A stretch of DNA of 37,529 bases from Acutalibacteraceae bacterium. GTDB taxonomy: Bacteria; Bacillota; Clostridia; Oscillospirales; Acutalibacteraceae. This document shows, in pieces, positions 27,252-36,001 of this stretch (positions are counted from its first letter, which is position 1; every line of letters starts with the position of its first letter). The stretch is from NCBI GenBank assembly GCA_045602605.1, contig JAZSBX010000044.1, forward strand, positions 1 to 37,529, written 5' to 3'. The notes below the pieces were generated by a model. The model saw only the letters and a program-made list of their open reading frames with translations. It did not search any database and was not told the DNA's origin. The position numbers and the translations under genes are program-made.

Positions 27252-28472
27252 ATGAATAAAAAGAAAAACTCAAAAAAGTGGATAAAGTTTCGGCACAAAG
27301 TTATAACGGCGATAGCCTACGTTGTGCTTTATCCCATTGCTAAATTAAAATATAACATTAAAATAGAAAAATTCGGTGGGGACAGAAAAAGAGCCTATCT
27401 TATTCTTTTAAACCACCAAACACCGTTTGACCAGTTCTTTGTGGGAATGACCTTCAAAAAGGCAATTTATTACCTTGCCACCGAGGACATTTTTTCAAAC
27501 GGCTTTGTGTCAGACCTTATAAGATGGGCGGTTAACCCCATTCCCATAAGGAAGCAGACCACCGATGTGGCGGCAGTTATGAACTGCCTCCGCGTTGCAA
27601 AAGAGGGCGGCTCAATTTGCATTGCGCCTGAGGGAAACCGAACCTACAGCGGTCAAACGGAATATATGAATCCATCCATTGCGGCCCTTGCAAAAAAACT
27701 GAAATTGCCCGTTGCAATTTACCGAATTGAGGGCGGCTACGGCAGTGAACCTCGCTGGAGTGACGTTATAAGAAAGGGCAAAATGAGAGCCTTTGTCAGC
27801 GAAATTATTGAGCCCGATGAAATAAAAGAAATGACAAACGAGGAACTTTTTGAGCGAATCGAAAAGGGTCTTTACGTCAATGAAGCGGTGGCGGACTGCG
27901 AGTTTAAATCAAAAAAACGCGCCGAATATTTAGAGCGCGCAATTTACGTCTGCCCCAAATGCGGTCTTGCAAAGTGGGAAAGCCACGGCAATGAAATCAG
28001 TTGCACTAAATGCGGCAGTAAGGTTACATACACCGAAAGCAAATTGCTAAAGGGCGAAAACTGTGAATTCCCCTTTAATTTTGTTCTCGATTGGTACAAT
28101 TATCAGAAAGATTTTGTAAACAGGCTTGATAGTATGGCTTATGTAAAAGAGCCTATGTTCATTGATAGGGCAAACGTGAACGAGGTAATTGTGTATGAGC
28201 GCAAGGAAAAATTCCTTGAAGATGCCGCCGTTTCACTTTTTGGTGATAGAATTGTTTTAAACGAGGGCAGGGAAAACGAAGTTACCTTTCCTTTTGAGAA
28301 AACAAATGCCGTAACCGTTCTCGGCAGAAATAAATGTAACATTTATTTCGGTGATAAAATTTATCAGCTTAAAGGCGACAAACGCTTTAATGCGCTTAAA
28401 TATGTTAATATATTTAACCGATACAAAAATATTTTAAAAAATGATGAAACCGAACAGTTTTTAGGACTATAA
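27252..28472 (+). CDS. PlsC-family lysophospholipid acyltransferase with an internal C4 zinc ribbon and a C-terminal extension
   Basis: 406 aa. HX4D motif (LNHQTPFD), PEGNRT block, then CPKCG...CTKCG (about 27951-28020) and a C-terminal domain of about 140 aa with no motif I recognise. Confidence 0.75.
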   Translation: MNKKKNSKKWIKFRHKVITAIAYVVLYPIAKLKYNIKIEKFGGDRKRAYLILLNHQTPFDQFFVGMTFKKAIYYLATEDIFSNGFVSDLIRWAVNPIPIRKQTTDVAAVMNCLRVAKEGGSICIAPEGNRTYSGQTEYMNPSIAALAKKLKLPVAIYRIEGGYGSEPRWSDVIRKGKMRAFVSEIIEPDEIKEMTNEELFERIEKGLYVNEAVADCEFKSKKRAEYLERAIYVCPKCGLAKWESHGNEISCTKCGSKVTYTESKLLKGENCEFPFNFVLDWYNYQKDFVNRLDSMAYVKEPMFIDRANVNEVIVYERKEKFLEDAAVSLFGDRIVLNEGRENEVTFPFEKTNAVTVLGRNKCNIYFGDKIYQLKGDKRFNALKYVNIFNRYKNILKNDETEQFLGL

Positions 28473-28541
28473 TATTTAGGTATTTTAACCGCATTGTTCA
28501 GTGGTGCGAATATTAAAAGAATAATAACAAAAAATAAAATT

Positions 28542-28563
28542 TTGAGCCCCTTTCGGGGCTCAA
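28542..28563. terminator. GC-rich hairpin, possible weak or bidirectional terminator
   Basis: TTGAGCCCC-TTTC-GGGGCTCAA. On the + strand it is followed by ACAATTT (poor U-tract). The T-rich tract lies on the opposite strand, where no gene needs it. Confidence 0.4.
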
Positions 28564-28587
28564 ACAATTTATAAGGGAAGTGTTTTT

Positions 28588-29955
28588 TTGGAAAGGGAGA
28601 GACTCGGCAGCCGCTTGGGTTTTATATTACTGAGCGCAGGCTGCGCCATTGGAATCGGTAACGTGTGGAAATTCCCCTGGACGGTGGGGCAAAACGGCGG
28701 CGCAATTTTCGTTCTTATTTATCTTTTGTTTTTGGCCGCTTTCGGCATTCCGATTATGGTTATGGAATTTGCGGTGGGTCGCGCCTCGCAAAAAAGCCCC
28801 GTTCTAATGTATCAGGCGCTGGAGCCGAAGGGGACAAAATGGCACCTGCACGGCTATGTTTGCCTTATTGGTAATTACCTTTTAATGATGTTTTACACCT
28901 GCGTTTCAGGCTGGATGCTTAACTATTTCTTTTCCACAGCCCTCGGCAAATTTGATGGAATGACATCGGGGGAGGTTGCCGCTGCTTTTGATAATATGCT
29001 GGCAAACCCCGTGGAGCAAATTTTGTTTATGGCAATAATCGTGGTTTCGGGATTCCTTATTTGTTCGGTTGGCGTGCAAAAGGGACTCGAGAAGGTGACC
29101 AAGGTTATGATGCTGGCGTTGCTTGCAATAATGCTGGTTTTAGCCGTTAACAGCATCTTTTTAGAGGGCGGTGAAACCGGCCTTGCATTTTATCTGACCC
29201 CCAGCCTTCAAAAGGTGAAGGAAATAGGCCTTGCAAATGTTATAACCGCCGCAATGACACAGGCGTTTTTCACCCTTAGTCTTGGCTGTGGCGCAATGGC
29301 TATTTTCGGAAGCTACATCGGAAAGGAACGCTCTCTACTCGGTGAAGCGGTGAACGTTGGGGTGCTTGATACCTTTGTGGCATTTGTTTCGGGTCTTATT
29401 ATTTTTCCTGCCGCCTTTGCCTACGGTATTGAGGTGGATGCAGGCCCCTCCCTTATCTTCATAACCCTGCCTAATATTTTCAACAATATGCCGCTGGGTC
29501 GCCTTTGGGGAAGCCTTTTCTTTATGTTTATGACCTTTGCCGCCTTTTCCACTATTCTTGCAGTTTTTGAAAATATTATCGCCTGCACAATGGAAATGTT
29601 TGGTTGGTCCAGAAAAAAGGCATCGCTTATAAACATTGCTTCAATGTTTGTTTTGTCCCTGCCCTGCGCGTTGGGTTACAGCCTGTTTGCGGATTTTAAG
29701 CCCTTTGGGGAGTCAAGCGCCGTGCTTGACCTTGAGGACTTTATTGTAAGCGACCTGCTTTTGCCCATTGGCTCCCTTGTGTTTCTGCTTTTCTGTGTTA
29801 CCAAAAAGGGCTGGGGCTTCGATAATTTCTTAACCGAGGTTAACGCGGGCAAGGGATTAAAACTGCCCAAGGTGCTTTACGGTTATCTTAAATATGTTTT
29901 ACCCGTTATAATCATTATTTTGGCCGTTTCCCGAATTTGGGCGAAATTTGGCTGA
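28588..29955 (+). CDS. Sodium-dependent SNF-family (neurotransmitter:sodium symporter) transporter
   Basis: 455 aa. The N-terminus RLGFILLSAGCAIGIGNVWKFPW is the NSS signature. About 11-12 TM segments. TTG start 8 nt after AAGGGAAG. Confidence 0.9.
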   Translation: MERERLGSRLGFILLSAGCAIGIGNVWKFPWTVGQNGGAIFVLIYLLFLAAFGIPIMVMEFAVGRASQKSPVLMYQALEPKGTKWHLHGYVCLIGNYLLMMFYTCVSGWMLNYFFSTALGKFDGMTSGEVAAAFDNMLANPVEQILFMAIIVVSGFLICSVGVQKGLEKVTKVMMLALLAIMLVLAVNSIFLEGGETGLAFYLTPSLQKVKEIGLANVITAAMTQAFFTLSLGCGAMAIFGSYIGKERSLLGEAVNVGVLDTFVAFVSGLIIFPAAFAYGIEVDAGPSLIFITLPNIFNNMPLGRLWGSLFFMFMTFAAFSTILAVFENIIACTMEMFGWSRKKASLINIASMFVLSLPCALGYSLFADFKPFGESSAVLDLEDFIVSDLLLPIGSLVFLLFCVTKKGWGFDNFLTEVNAGKGLKLPKVLYGYLKYVLPVIIIILAVSRIWAKFG

Positions 29956-30044
29956 TGATTTATAAAAAATCTACAAATGGACAGGCTTCTTTTTGTAAAA
30001 AACGAGGAAATTAAGCAATTTGCATAAAAGTTTTAAACATTCGC

Positions 30045-30073
30045 TTGACAAATGGTGCATTATGCCTTATAAT
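30045..30073 (+). promoter_or_regulatory. Consensus sigma-A promoter with no protein gene behind it
   Basis: TTGACA (30045-30050), exactly 17-nt spacer, TATAAT (30068-30073). Both hexamers match consensus perfectly. Confidence 0.65.
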
Positions 30074-30220
30074 AAAGACAACAAGAAGGGATAAAAAGAA
30101 ATTTTTGGAACAGAAAGGTGGCTGATACCAATGAACAGGGAAATCGAACCGGTTTATTCAGCCAGCAAAATTTTCTAAGGGGTGAGTCCAAAAAAGAGTT
30201 AAGCCTTAAACCCGACAAAA

Positions 30221-30308
30221 AATAAATTTGGATTTGGTGAGACCAATGTACTGATAAACTGAAAAATTTATAATAAAATTTTTTGGTGATACCAATGACT
30301 TAATAAAT
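30221..30308 (+). repeat. Two imperfect direct repeats of about 38 nt sharing a 16-nt core
   Basis: TTTGGTGAGACCAATG (30233-30248) versus TTTGGTGATACCAATG (30282-30297), 15/16 identical. Each is preceded by AATAAA(T)TTT and followed by ACT.ATAAA. A third, interrupted copy is GGTGGCTGATACCAATG at 30117-30133. Confidence 0.7.
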
Positions 30309-30310
30309 CT

Positions 30311-30344
30311 AAAGCACGGCACTTTTTGGTACCGTGCTTTTTTG
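30311..30344 (+). terminator. Intrinsic terminator
   Basis: AAAGCACGG ... CCGTGCTTT stem, extendable by AC/GT, followed by TTTTTT. Confidence 0.85.
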
Positions 30345-30352
30345 TATCTGTC

Positions 30353-30381
30353 TTTACAATAAAATTTAACTTTGGTATAAT
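30353..30381 (+). promoter_or_regulatory. Putative extended -10 promoter of dinB
   Basis: TTTACA (30353-30358), 17-nt spacer ending TGG, TATAAT (30376-30381). Confidence 0.6.
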
Positions 30382-30413
30382 AATATCATAAAGAAAAAAA
30401 GGAGGGTGTGCCG

Positions 30414-31622
30414 ATGGAAAGGGTTATTTTGCACTGTGACTTAAACAATTTTTTTGCATCGGTCACTCTGCTGTCAAACGAAACCCTTAAAAATTTGCCT
30501 GTGGCTGTGGGTGGCAGCAAGGAAAACCGCCACGGCATTATTCTTGCAAAGAATGAAATTGCTAAAAAGTTCGGCGTTAAAACCGCAGAGCCCATTCATG
30601 AGGCAAAGGCAAAATGTCCCGACCTTGTGATTTTAAAACCGAATTACAAGGAATATAATCTTTATTCCGAAAAAGCAAGAAACATTTACAGGCGCTACAC
30701 CGATTTAATAGAGCCCTTCGGCATTGATGAATGCTGGCTTGATGTTACAGGCAGTCGCCTTCTTTTTGGCGATGGCGAAACCATTGCGCAAAGAATAAGG
30801 AAGGAGATTAAGGCCGAGCTTGGTATAACGGCATCCGTTGGAGTGAGCTTTAACAAGGTTTTTGCAAAGCTGGGCTCTGATTATAAAAAGCCTGATGCCG
30901 TTACCGTTATAAGCCGTGAAAATTTCAGGGATATCGTGTGGCCTATGTCGGTTTGCGACCTGCTTTTTGTGGGCAAGCAAACGGCGGCCCGCCTTGCTAC
31001 CTGTGGAATTTTCACCATTGGTGATTTAGCGGCGGCAGATGAAAGAACGCTTGTCAGAATGCTTGGTAAAAACGGCAGGGAAATAAAAAATTATGCTATG
31101 GGACTAGATGATTCGCCCGTTTCGGCGGATAATGCAAAGGGTGTTCCCAAAAGCGTTGGCAGAAGCGTTACGTTGCCGCAGGATGTGACCACCCCCGAAC
31201 AGGTTTGGCGTGTTTTCCTTGATTTGGCCGAGGATATTGCAGGCACCCTTAAGGATAATAACCTTGCGGCCTTTGGCCTTGCCGTGCACACAAGAACAAG
31301 CACCTTGCAGGTTAAGGAATTCAGTTCCAGCTTTTCTTCTCCAACGGCGGTTGCTATAACCCTTGCTAAAAGGGGAATGGAGATTTTTGAGAAAAATTAT
31401 TTTTGGCATTTGCCCCTGCGTTCGGTGGGAATCAGGGCTATTCATTTAGTTCCCCTTGAAACCGCCACACAGTGCGATATGTTTGGTGAGTGGGAGGACA
31501 GCCGAAAGAGTGAAGAAATTGATGAAAAGATTTATAACATAAGAAAAAAATTCGGCGATGCCAGCATTGTCAGGGGTACCGTTTTAAACGCCCACGTGGA
31601 AAACAAGAAAAAGCAAAATTAA
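30414..31622 (+). CDS. dinB: DNA polymerase IV (Y-family)
   Basis: MERVILHCDLNNFFASV matches the Y-family N-terminus, followed by IDECWLDVTG and SVGVSFNKVFAKLGSDYKKPD. Started at ATG 30414, 8 nt after GGAGG. The GTG at 30408 is too close to the RBS. Confidence 0.92.
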   Translation: MERVILHCDLNNFFASVTLLSNETLKNLPVAVGGSKENRHGIILAKNEIAKKFGVKTAEPIHEAKAKCPDLVILKPNYKEYNLYSEKARNIYRRYTDLIEPFGIDECWLDVTGSRLLFGDGETIAQRIRKEIKAELGITASVGVSFNKVFAKLGSDYKKPDAVTVISRENFRDIVWPMSVCDLLFVGKQTAARLATCGIFTIGDLAAADERTLVRMLGKNGREIKNYAMGLDDSPVSADNAKGVPKSVGRSVTLPQDVTTPEQVWRVFLDLAEDIAGTLKDNNLAAFGLAVHTRTSTLQVKEFSSSFSSPTAVAITLAKRGMEIFEKNYFWHLPLRSVGIRAIHLVPLETATQCDMFGEWEDSRKSEEIDEKIYNIRKKFGDASIVRGTVLNAHVENKKKQN

Positions 31623-31683
31623 GGAATAGAAGCAAATCACCGCGTCAATAATAAAGTGAGAAATTTTTTAGCGCGGTGATTTA

Positions 31684-32310
31684 ATGAAAGGCAAAAGAAG
31701 TGCAAAATGGCGGCAAATCGGCGCCTTTACGCTGACTGTCGTTTTGTGCGCAGTGGCGTTTTTTCTAACCTCACTCGGAGTTTTGTGGCAGGAAGGCAGC
31801 ACCCAAACCGAGAAAAATCAGGTCAGCGAGCCTTATTTTCCGCCACCGCCCCAAAACACCCCCGTAATGTTTTTGTGGGAGGAGGGCGGCGGAGAAATCG
31901 TTTATCTTGATTTTGAGCAATGCGAAATTGCGGTTACCATTTTGCCTGAAAACTGTGATGAAAACACCGCCCCAAAATACGGGTACAGTGATTTTGAGGC
32001 CGTTAAGGCCAACTACCTGCTTATTATCAGCGTTGTTGACCGACTCGGCGGAATTGAGATTGAGGAAAACGGACAGTCGCTACGGCTGACAGGCGCGCAA
32101 ATTGCCTCATTTGTGGGAAAAGGTGAGGATTTTACCGCCAAAAGGCAGGTAATTTCAGCCATATTTGAAAAAATTGCAAATTCGGGCTTTTCAAACGATG
32201 ATTTTATGTTTATAATAAATAACAGCAATACAACGCTTTCTTTTCCCGACTGCTACGGTTGGGATGAAAGAATTGCGCAAATGGCGAAGAATATTAAAAT
32301 TATTAACTAA
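31684..32310 (+). CDS. Membrane-anchored hypothetical protein, weak resemblance to an LCP (LytR/CpsA/Psr) fold
   Basis: 208 aa. Basic N-terminus plus one TM (IGAFTLTVVLCAVAFFLTSLGVL). SVVDRLGGIEIEENGQSLRLTGAQIASFV resembles an LCP segment, but I do not see the conserved Arg/Asp residues. Confidence 0.5.
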   Translation: MKGKRSAKWRQIGAFTLTVVLCAVAFFLTSLGVLWQEGSTQTEKNQVSEPYFPPPPQNTPVMFLWEEGGGEIVYLDFEQCEIAVTILPENCDENTAPKYGYSDFEAVKANYLLIISVVDRLGGIEIEENGQSLRLTGAQIASFVGKGEDFTAKRQVISAIFEKIANSGFSNDDFMFIINNSNTTLSFPDCYGWDERIAQMAKNIKIIN

Positions 32311-32326
32311 AAAAGGAGGGGTAAGG

Positions 32327-33679
32327 ATGAAAAAAATCATAGCATTGACAATGGTGCTTTTGCTGATTTTATCGGGCTGTGCTGCACCAAACACAACCTC
32401 ATCGGGCGGCACATCGTCAGAGGTGTCTCAAAACAGCTCATCAGAAATTATATCGTCCTCAAGCATTACATCCTCATCGACCTCTTCTGAAAGCATAACG
32501 GTTGTTAATCCATTGCCAACCGTGGGCACCGAAAACACGGTAAGCGGCTCAAAGGTTCCAAGTGATGTGTTGCCCACCGAAACCGCCACCTGGTGCTATG
32601 ACAGGATAACGGAGGAACAGCAACGAATTTATAAAATTCTCCTTTCCTCGGTTAACCGAATGGCCTACGGTTGGATTGACTTGGGCAAATGTAACACCGA
32701 AACCTACAAAGATGATGTTGCGGTGGCATATCGCGCCTTCACCTACGATTATCCCGAACTTTTTTGGGTGCCGTATGAATATGTTTTAAAGATTGACAAC
32801 CTCGGTGTAAAGCTTGCGTTTTCTTTAAGCGACAGGGAATTTGAGGGCAGTTACATAGTTCCTCTTGCCAGCAAAAAAGAAATGCAAAAGGAAATTGATA
32901 AGGTTTCTTCCGAAATTGTTGCTGAAATCAAGGGTAAGACAAGCGATAAAATGGAGATGCTCACCCTCCTTCACGATAAACTTTCCAATATGGTGACCTA
33001 TTACAATGAGCCCATTGAACAGGATTTGCTCTACACGGTTTACGGCGCCCTTATCTGGGGCTATGCGGTTTGCGAGGGCTATGCCAGGACAATGCGCTAT
33101 CTTTGCGAGCAACTTGACATTGACTGCATTATTGTTACGGGTAATTCGAAAAACGAGCAGCATATGTGGAATATGGTGCGCCTTGATAATGAATGGTATC
33201 ACATTGATTTAACCTGGAACGACCCAGGGCTTGACGGTGACGGTAATCCGAAAACTCCGCTTCATCCATACTTTAACATTACCGATGAGGCTATTTTAAA
33301 GGACCACGTTATTGACCCTGACGTCACCAAGGTTGCAGGCAGTGGGGCAGACCTCAGTCTCGCAGGCTTTAACTTCGGTATTCCCGAGGCAAAGGGTAAA
33401 AAATATGATTATTATGATTATAACAAGCTTAATTTTTCCGATATGGCTGCCGCAGCCCAAAAAATTGCTAAAATTTATAAAACCCAAAATTACATTGAGT
33501 TAAGATTAAGCGATGAGCAGCTCAAAATTTTCCAAATTGAAGATGAAGCAAAAAGAAACGAGGAAATCGGCAAGTTCTTTTCTTCGCTGATTTTAAACGT
33601 GAATATGAAGTCGGAGGGTGATGATTTCACCATTACGCGGTATGCAAATAATGCTAACACCCTGTATTTACAGTGGTAA
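32327..33679 (+). CDS. Transglutaminase-like (Cys-His-Asp) domain lipoprotein
   Basis: Started at ATG 32327 after AAAGGAGGGG. Signal peptide with lipobox LLILSGC, a Ser-rich linker, and the transglutaminase core GYAVCEGYARTMRYLC ... HMWNMV ... WYHIDLTWND. Confidence 0.8.
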   Translation: MKKIIALTMVLLLILSGCAAPNTTSSGGTSSEVSQNSSSEIISSSSITSSSTSSESITVVNPLPTVGTENTVSGSKVPSDVLPTETATWCYDRITEEQQRIYKILLSSVNRMAYGWIDLGKCNTETYKDDVAVAYRAFTYDYPELFWVPYEYVLKIDNLGVKLAFSLSDREFEGSYIVPLASKKEMQKEIDKVSSEIVAEIKGKTSDKMEMLTLLHDKLSNMVTYYNEPIEQDLLYTVYGALIWGYAVCEGYARTMRYLCEQLDIDCIIVTGNSKNEQHMWNMVRLDNEWYHIDLTWNDPGLDGDGNPKTPLHPYFNITDEAILKDHVIDPDVTKVAGSGADLSLAGFNFGIPEAKGKKYDYYDYNKLNFSDMAAAAQKIAKIYKTQNYIELRLSDEQLKIFQIEDEAKRNEEIGKFFSSLILNVNMKSEGDDFTITRYANNANTLYLQW

Positions 33680-33712
33680 AAAAGGACGGTTTTATTAAAA
33701 ACCGTCCTTTTT
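33680..33712 (+). terminator. Intrinsic terminator
   Basis: AAAGGACGGTTTT-ATT-AAAACCGTCCTTT perfect stem followed by TTT. Confidence 0.85.
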
Positions 33713-33714
33713 CA

Positions 33715-33744
33715 TTGACAAAACTTGCAATGGTATTATATAAT
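33715..33744 (+). promoter_or_regulatory. Putative sigma-A promoter of the glutamine synthetase gene
   Basis: TTGACA (33715-33720), 18-nt spacer, TATAAT (33739-33744). Confidence 0.55.
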
Positions 33745-33781
33745 ATTAAAATGTAATATTATTTTCTCTTGGAGGCAAAAA

Positions 33782-35872
33782 ATGGATGAGGTAACAAAGA
33801 TTTTCGGCAGTGTCGTTTTTAACGATGACCGAATGCGCGAAAGACTCCCCAAGGAGACCTATGAAGCCTTACAAAGAACAATTAAATCCGGCAAGACCCT
33901 TGATTTAAGCGTTGCCAACCCCGTTGCCGCCGCAATGAAGGATTGGGCGTTGGAAATGGGAGCCACCCATTTCACCCATTGGTTCCAGCCGCTGACAGGA
34001 ATAACCGCCGAAAAGCACGACGGTTTTATTACCCCTGCCAAAAACGGCGGAGTTATTATGGAGTTTTCGGGCAAGGAACTTATAAAAGGCGAGTCCGATG
34101 CTTCTTCCTTTCCTTCAGGTGGAATCCGCGCCACCTTTGAGGCCCGTGGCTACACCGCATGGGACCCCACGTCACCCGCCTTTGTTAAGGATGGCACCCT
34201 TTGTATTCCCACCGCCTTTTGTTCTTACGGAGGAGAGGCCCTCGATAAAAAGACACCTTTACTTCGTTCAATGCAGGTGGTAAGCCGCCACGCGCTTCGC
34301 GTTGTAAAGGCTATGGGAATGGATGGCGTTAACCGTGTTATCACCACCGTTGGCCCCGAGCAGGAATATTTTTTGGTTGATAAAAAGCTTTATGAAAAAC
34401 GCCCCGACCTGATTTTCTGCGGCAGAACCCTTTTTGGCACAAAGCCCCCTAAAGGTCAAGAGCTTGAGGACCATTATTTCGGTGTTATTAAGCCCCGTGT
34501 TGCCGCTTATATGAAGGACCTTGACCACGAACTCTGGAAGCTTGGTATTCTTTCAAAAACCAAGCACAACGAGGCGGCTCCCGCACAGCACGAGCTGGCT
34601 CCCATTTTCACAACCACCAACATTGCAACCGACCACAATCAATTAACAATGGAGATTATGAAAAAGGTTGCGGACAAGCACGGTATGGTGTGCATTCTCC
34701 ACGAAAAACCCTTTGCAGGTGTTAACGGCTCAGGCAAGCACAACAACTGGTCGCTTTCCACCGACACGGGCGTTAACCTTTTAGAGCCTGGCAAGACCCC
34801 CAGTGAAAACATTCAGTTCCTTTTGTTCCTCTCTGCTGTTATCAAGGCAGTTGATGAGCATCAGGATTTGCTTAGAATTTCGGTTGCTTCCGCAGGCAAC
34901 GACCACCGTTTGGGCGCCGCCGAGGCTCCGCCTGCCATTGTTTCAATGTATTTAGGTGATGAGCTTACCGAAATTTTAAACGCCGTGGCAACGGGTGAGC
35001 ACTACACCGAGCATGAACTTACCAAAATGGGAATGGGTGCAAAAATTCTGCCGCAGTTTTCAAAGGATAACTCCGACCGCAACAGAACTTCACCCTTCGC
35101 ATTCACGGGTAATAAATTTGAATTCCGTATGCTTGGCTCATCGGCTTCCATTGCCGATGCCAACGTGGCAATCAACACGGGTGTTGCTCACGTGTTAAGA
35201 GAATTTGCCGATGCCCTTGAAAACAGTGATGATGTGGTAAGCACCGCAAAAGAGCTTATCCGCAACGTTGTTAAAGAGCACAGCCGCATTATCTTTAACG
35301 GTGACGGTTATTCCAAGGAATGGGAAATTGAAGCCGAAAAACGCGGTCTTTTAAATCTTAAAAACACCGTTGATGCCATTGAACTTTTTGAAAGCGAGAA
35401 AAACGTGGCTTTGTTTGTTCGAAATCACGTTTTCAACGAGACCGAGGTTCATTCCCGCTGTGAGATAATGCTTGAAAATTACAGTAAAATTCTCCACATT
35501 GAGGCGCTTACAATGCTGGAAATGGTGCGCTGCTCTATTATTCCTGCAATTAGTGATTACATCGGAACCTTAAGCCGCAACATTAAGGCACTTCGCGATG
35601 TTGCTCCCGATGCACCCTGTGTGGGACAGCTTAAAACGGTTAACAAGCTGGCAAAATTGCTTGATGAAATTTATCTTGGCGTTAAGGTGCTTGACACCGC
35701 CGTTGCCCTTGCCGAAAAGGGCAGGAGCGCGCTGACCACCGCCAAGGCCTACCGCGAGCAGGTATTTTCGGCAATGGAGGCGCTCAGATATAGTGTTGAC
35801 AGCGCCGAAGCCCTTTGCGATGCAAGGGCCTGGCCTTTCCCGAAATACAGCGAACTGCTTTTCGGAATTTAA
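33782..35872 (+). CDS. glnA: Glutamine synthetase, type III
   Basis: About 696 aa from ATG 33782, with a GGAGG RBS. GSIII N-domain ([17 protein letters not shown]), catalytic region ([43 protein letters not shown]). The track start at 33725 lies inside the promoter. Confidence 0.93.
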   Translation: MDEVTKIFGSVVFNDDRMRERLPKETYEALQRTIKSGKTLDLSVANPVAAAMKDWALEMGATHFTHWFQPLTGITAEKHDGFITPAKNGGVIMEFSGKELIKGESDASSFPSGGIRATFEARGYTAWDPTSPAFVKDGTLCIPTAFCSYGGEALDKKTPLLRSMQVVSRHALRVVKAMGMDGVNRVITTVGPEQEYFLVDKKLYEKRPDLIFCGRTLFGTKPPKGQELEDHYFGVIKPRVAAYMKDLDHELWKLGILSKTKHNEAAPAQHELAPIFTTTNIATDHNQLTMEIMKKVADKHGMVCILHEKPFAGVNGSGKHNNWSLSTDTGVNLLEPGKTPSENIQFLLFLSAVIKAVDEHQDLLRISVASAGNDHRLGAAEAPPAIVSMYLGDELTEILNAVATGEHYTEHELTKMGMGAKILPQFSKDNSDRNRTSPFAFTGNKFEFRMLGSSASIADANVAINTGVAHVLREFADALENSDDVVSTAKELIRNVVKEHSRIIFNGDGYSKEWEIEAEKRGLLNLKNTVDAIELFESEKNVALFVRNHVFNETEVHSRCEIMLENYSKILHIEALTMLEMVRCSIIPAISDYIGTLSRNIKALRDVAPDAPCVGQLKTVNKLAKLLDEIYLGVKVLDTAVALAEKGRSALTTAKAYREQVFSAMEALRYSVDSAEALCDARAWPFPKYSELLFGI

Positions 35873-35882
35873 TAAAAAATTT

Positions 35883-35912
35883 ACCGTGCAGAATTTTCTG
35901 CACGGTATTTTT
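35883..35912 (+). terminator. Intrinsic terminator
   Basis: ACCGTGCAGAA-TTT-TTCTGCACGGT perfect 11-bp stem followed by ATTTTT. Confidence 0.85.
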
Positions 35913-35942
35913 AAAAAACAAACGATTTAACGCTTTAAAGCG

Positions 35943-35971
35943 TTGACAAATTTACAAAAGAATGTTAAAAT
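35943..35971 (+). promoter_or_regulatory. Putative sigma-A promoter of the DAHP synthase gene
   Basis: TTGACA (35943-35948), 17-nt spacer, TAAAAT (35966-35971). The -35 overlaps a 16-bp perfect palindrome at 35929-35944. Confidence 0.6.
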
Positions 35972-36001
35972 GGGGTAAAGCATTTTTGAGAGGTAATTCT
36001 T

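Larger units (their letters stand above)
30080..30344 (+). ncRNA. Candidate small RNA or mini-ORF transcript (unclassified)
   Basis: Bounded by the consensus promoter and a strong terminator. The longest ORF preceded by an SD-like sequence is 15 codons (30131-30178). It holds three copies of a GGTGAKACCAATG motif. I could not match it to any RNA family from memory. Confidence 0.4.

Noticed and set aside
28542-28563. The hairpin before the SNF transporter as evidence for an unannotated minus-strand gene. Its T-tract is on the - strand.
   Set aside because: No minus-strand ORF or promoter lies to its right that it could terminate. It is more simply a weak or bidirectional terminator of the upstream acyltransferase gene.
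30117-30297. The repeated 16-nt motif as a CRISPR array, or as a ToxI-like type III antitoxin repeat array.
   Set aside because: There are only three copies, with irregular spacing (116 and 49 nt). The core is too short for a CRISPR repeat and there are no cas genes. For a type III TA the repeats should be regular tandem units followed by an endoribonuclease toxin gene. Here a terminator and then dinB, with its own promoter, follow.
30143-30381. A LexA (Cheo) box controlling dinB or the orphan transcript.
   Set aside because: CGAACCGGTTTA (30145-30156) matches only the CGAAC half of CGAAC-N4-GTTCG. No GAAC-N4-GTTC lies in or near the dinB promoter (30353-30381). I therefore see no support for SOS control in the sequence.
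25999-33679. The block of single-gene units downstream of the tRNA pair as a tRNA-integrated genomic island or defence island.
   Set aside because: There is no integrase, recombinase, transposase, phage or conjugation gene. No matching att repeat occurs at a distal boundary; the only repeat is 168 bp from the tRNA. Composition does not visibly differ from the flanks. The gene products are ordinary envelope, transport and repair functions.
2951-33781. Longer N-terminal extensions given by the ORF track for ttcA (2951), mutL (8391), dinB (30408), the lipoprotein (32264) and glnA (33725).
   Set aside because: In each case an in-frame ATG further downstream has a properly spaced GGAGG-type RBS and yields the canonical family N-terminus. 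The upstream alternative starts fall in terminators, promoters or the preceding gene.
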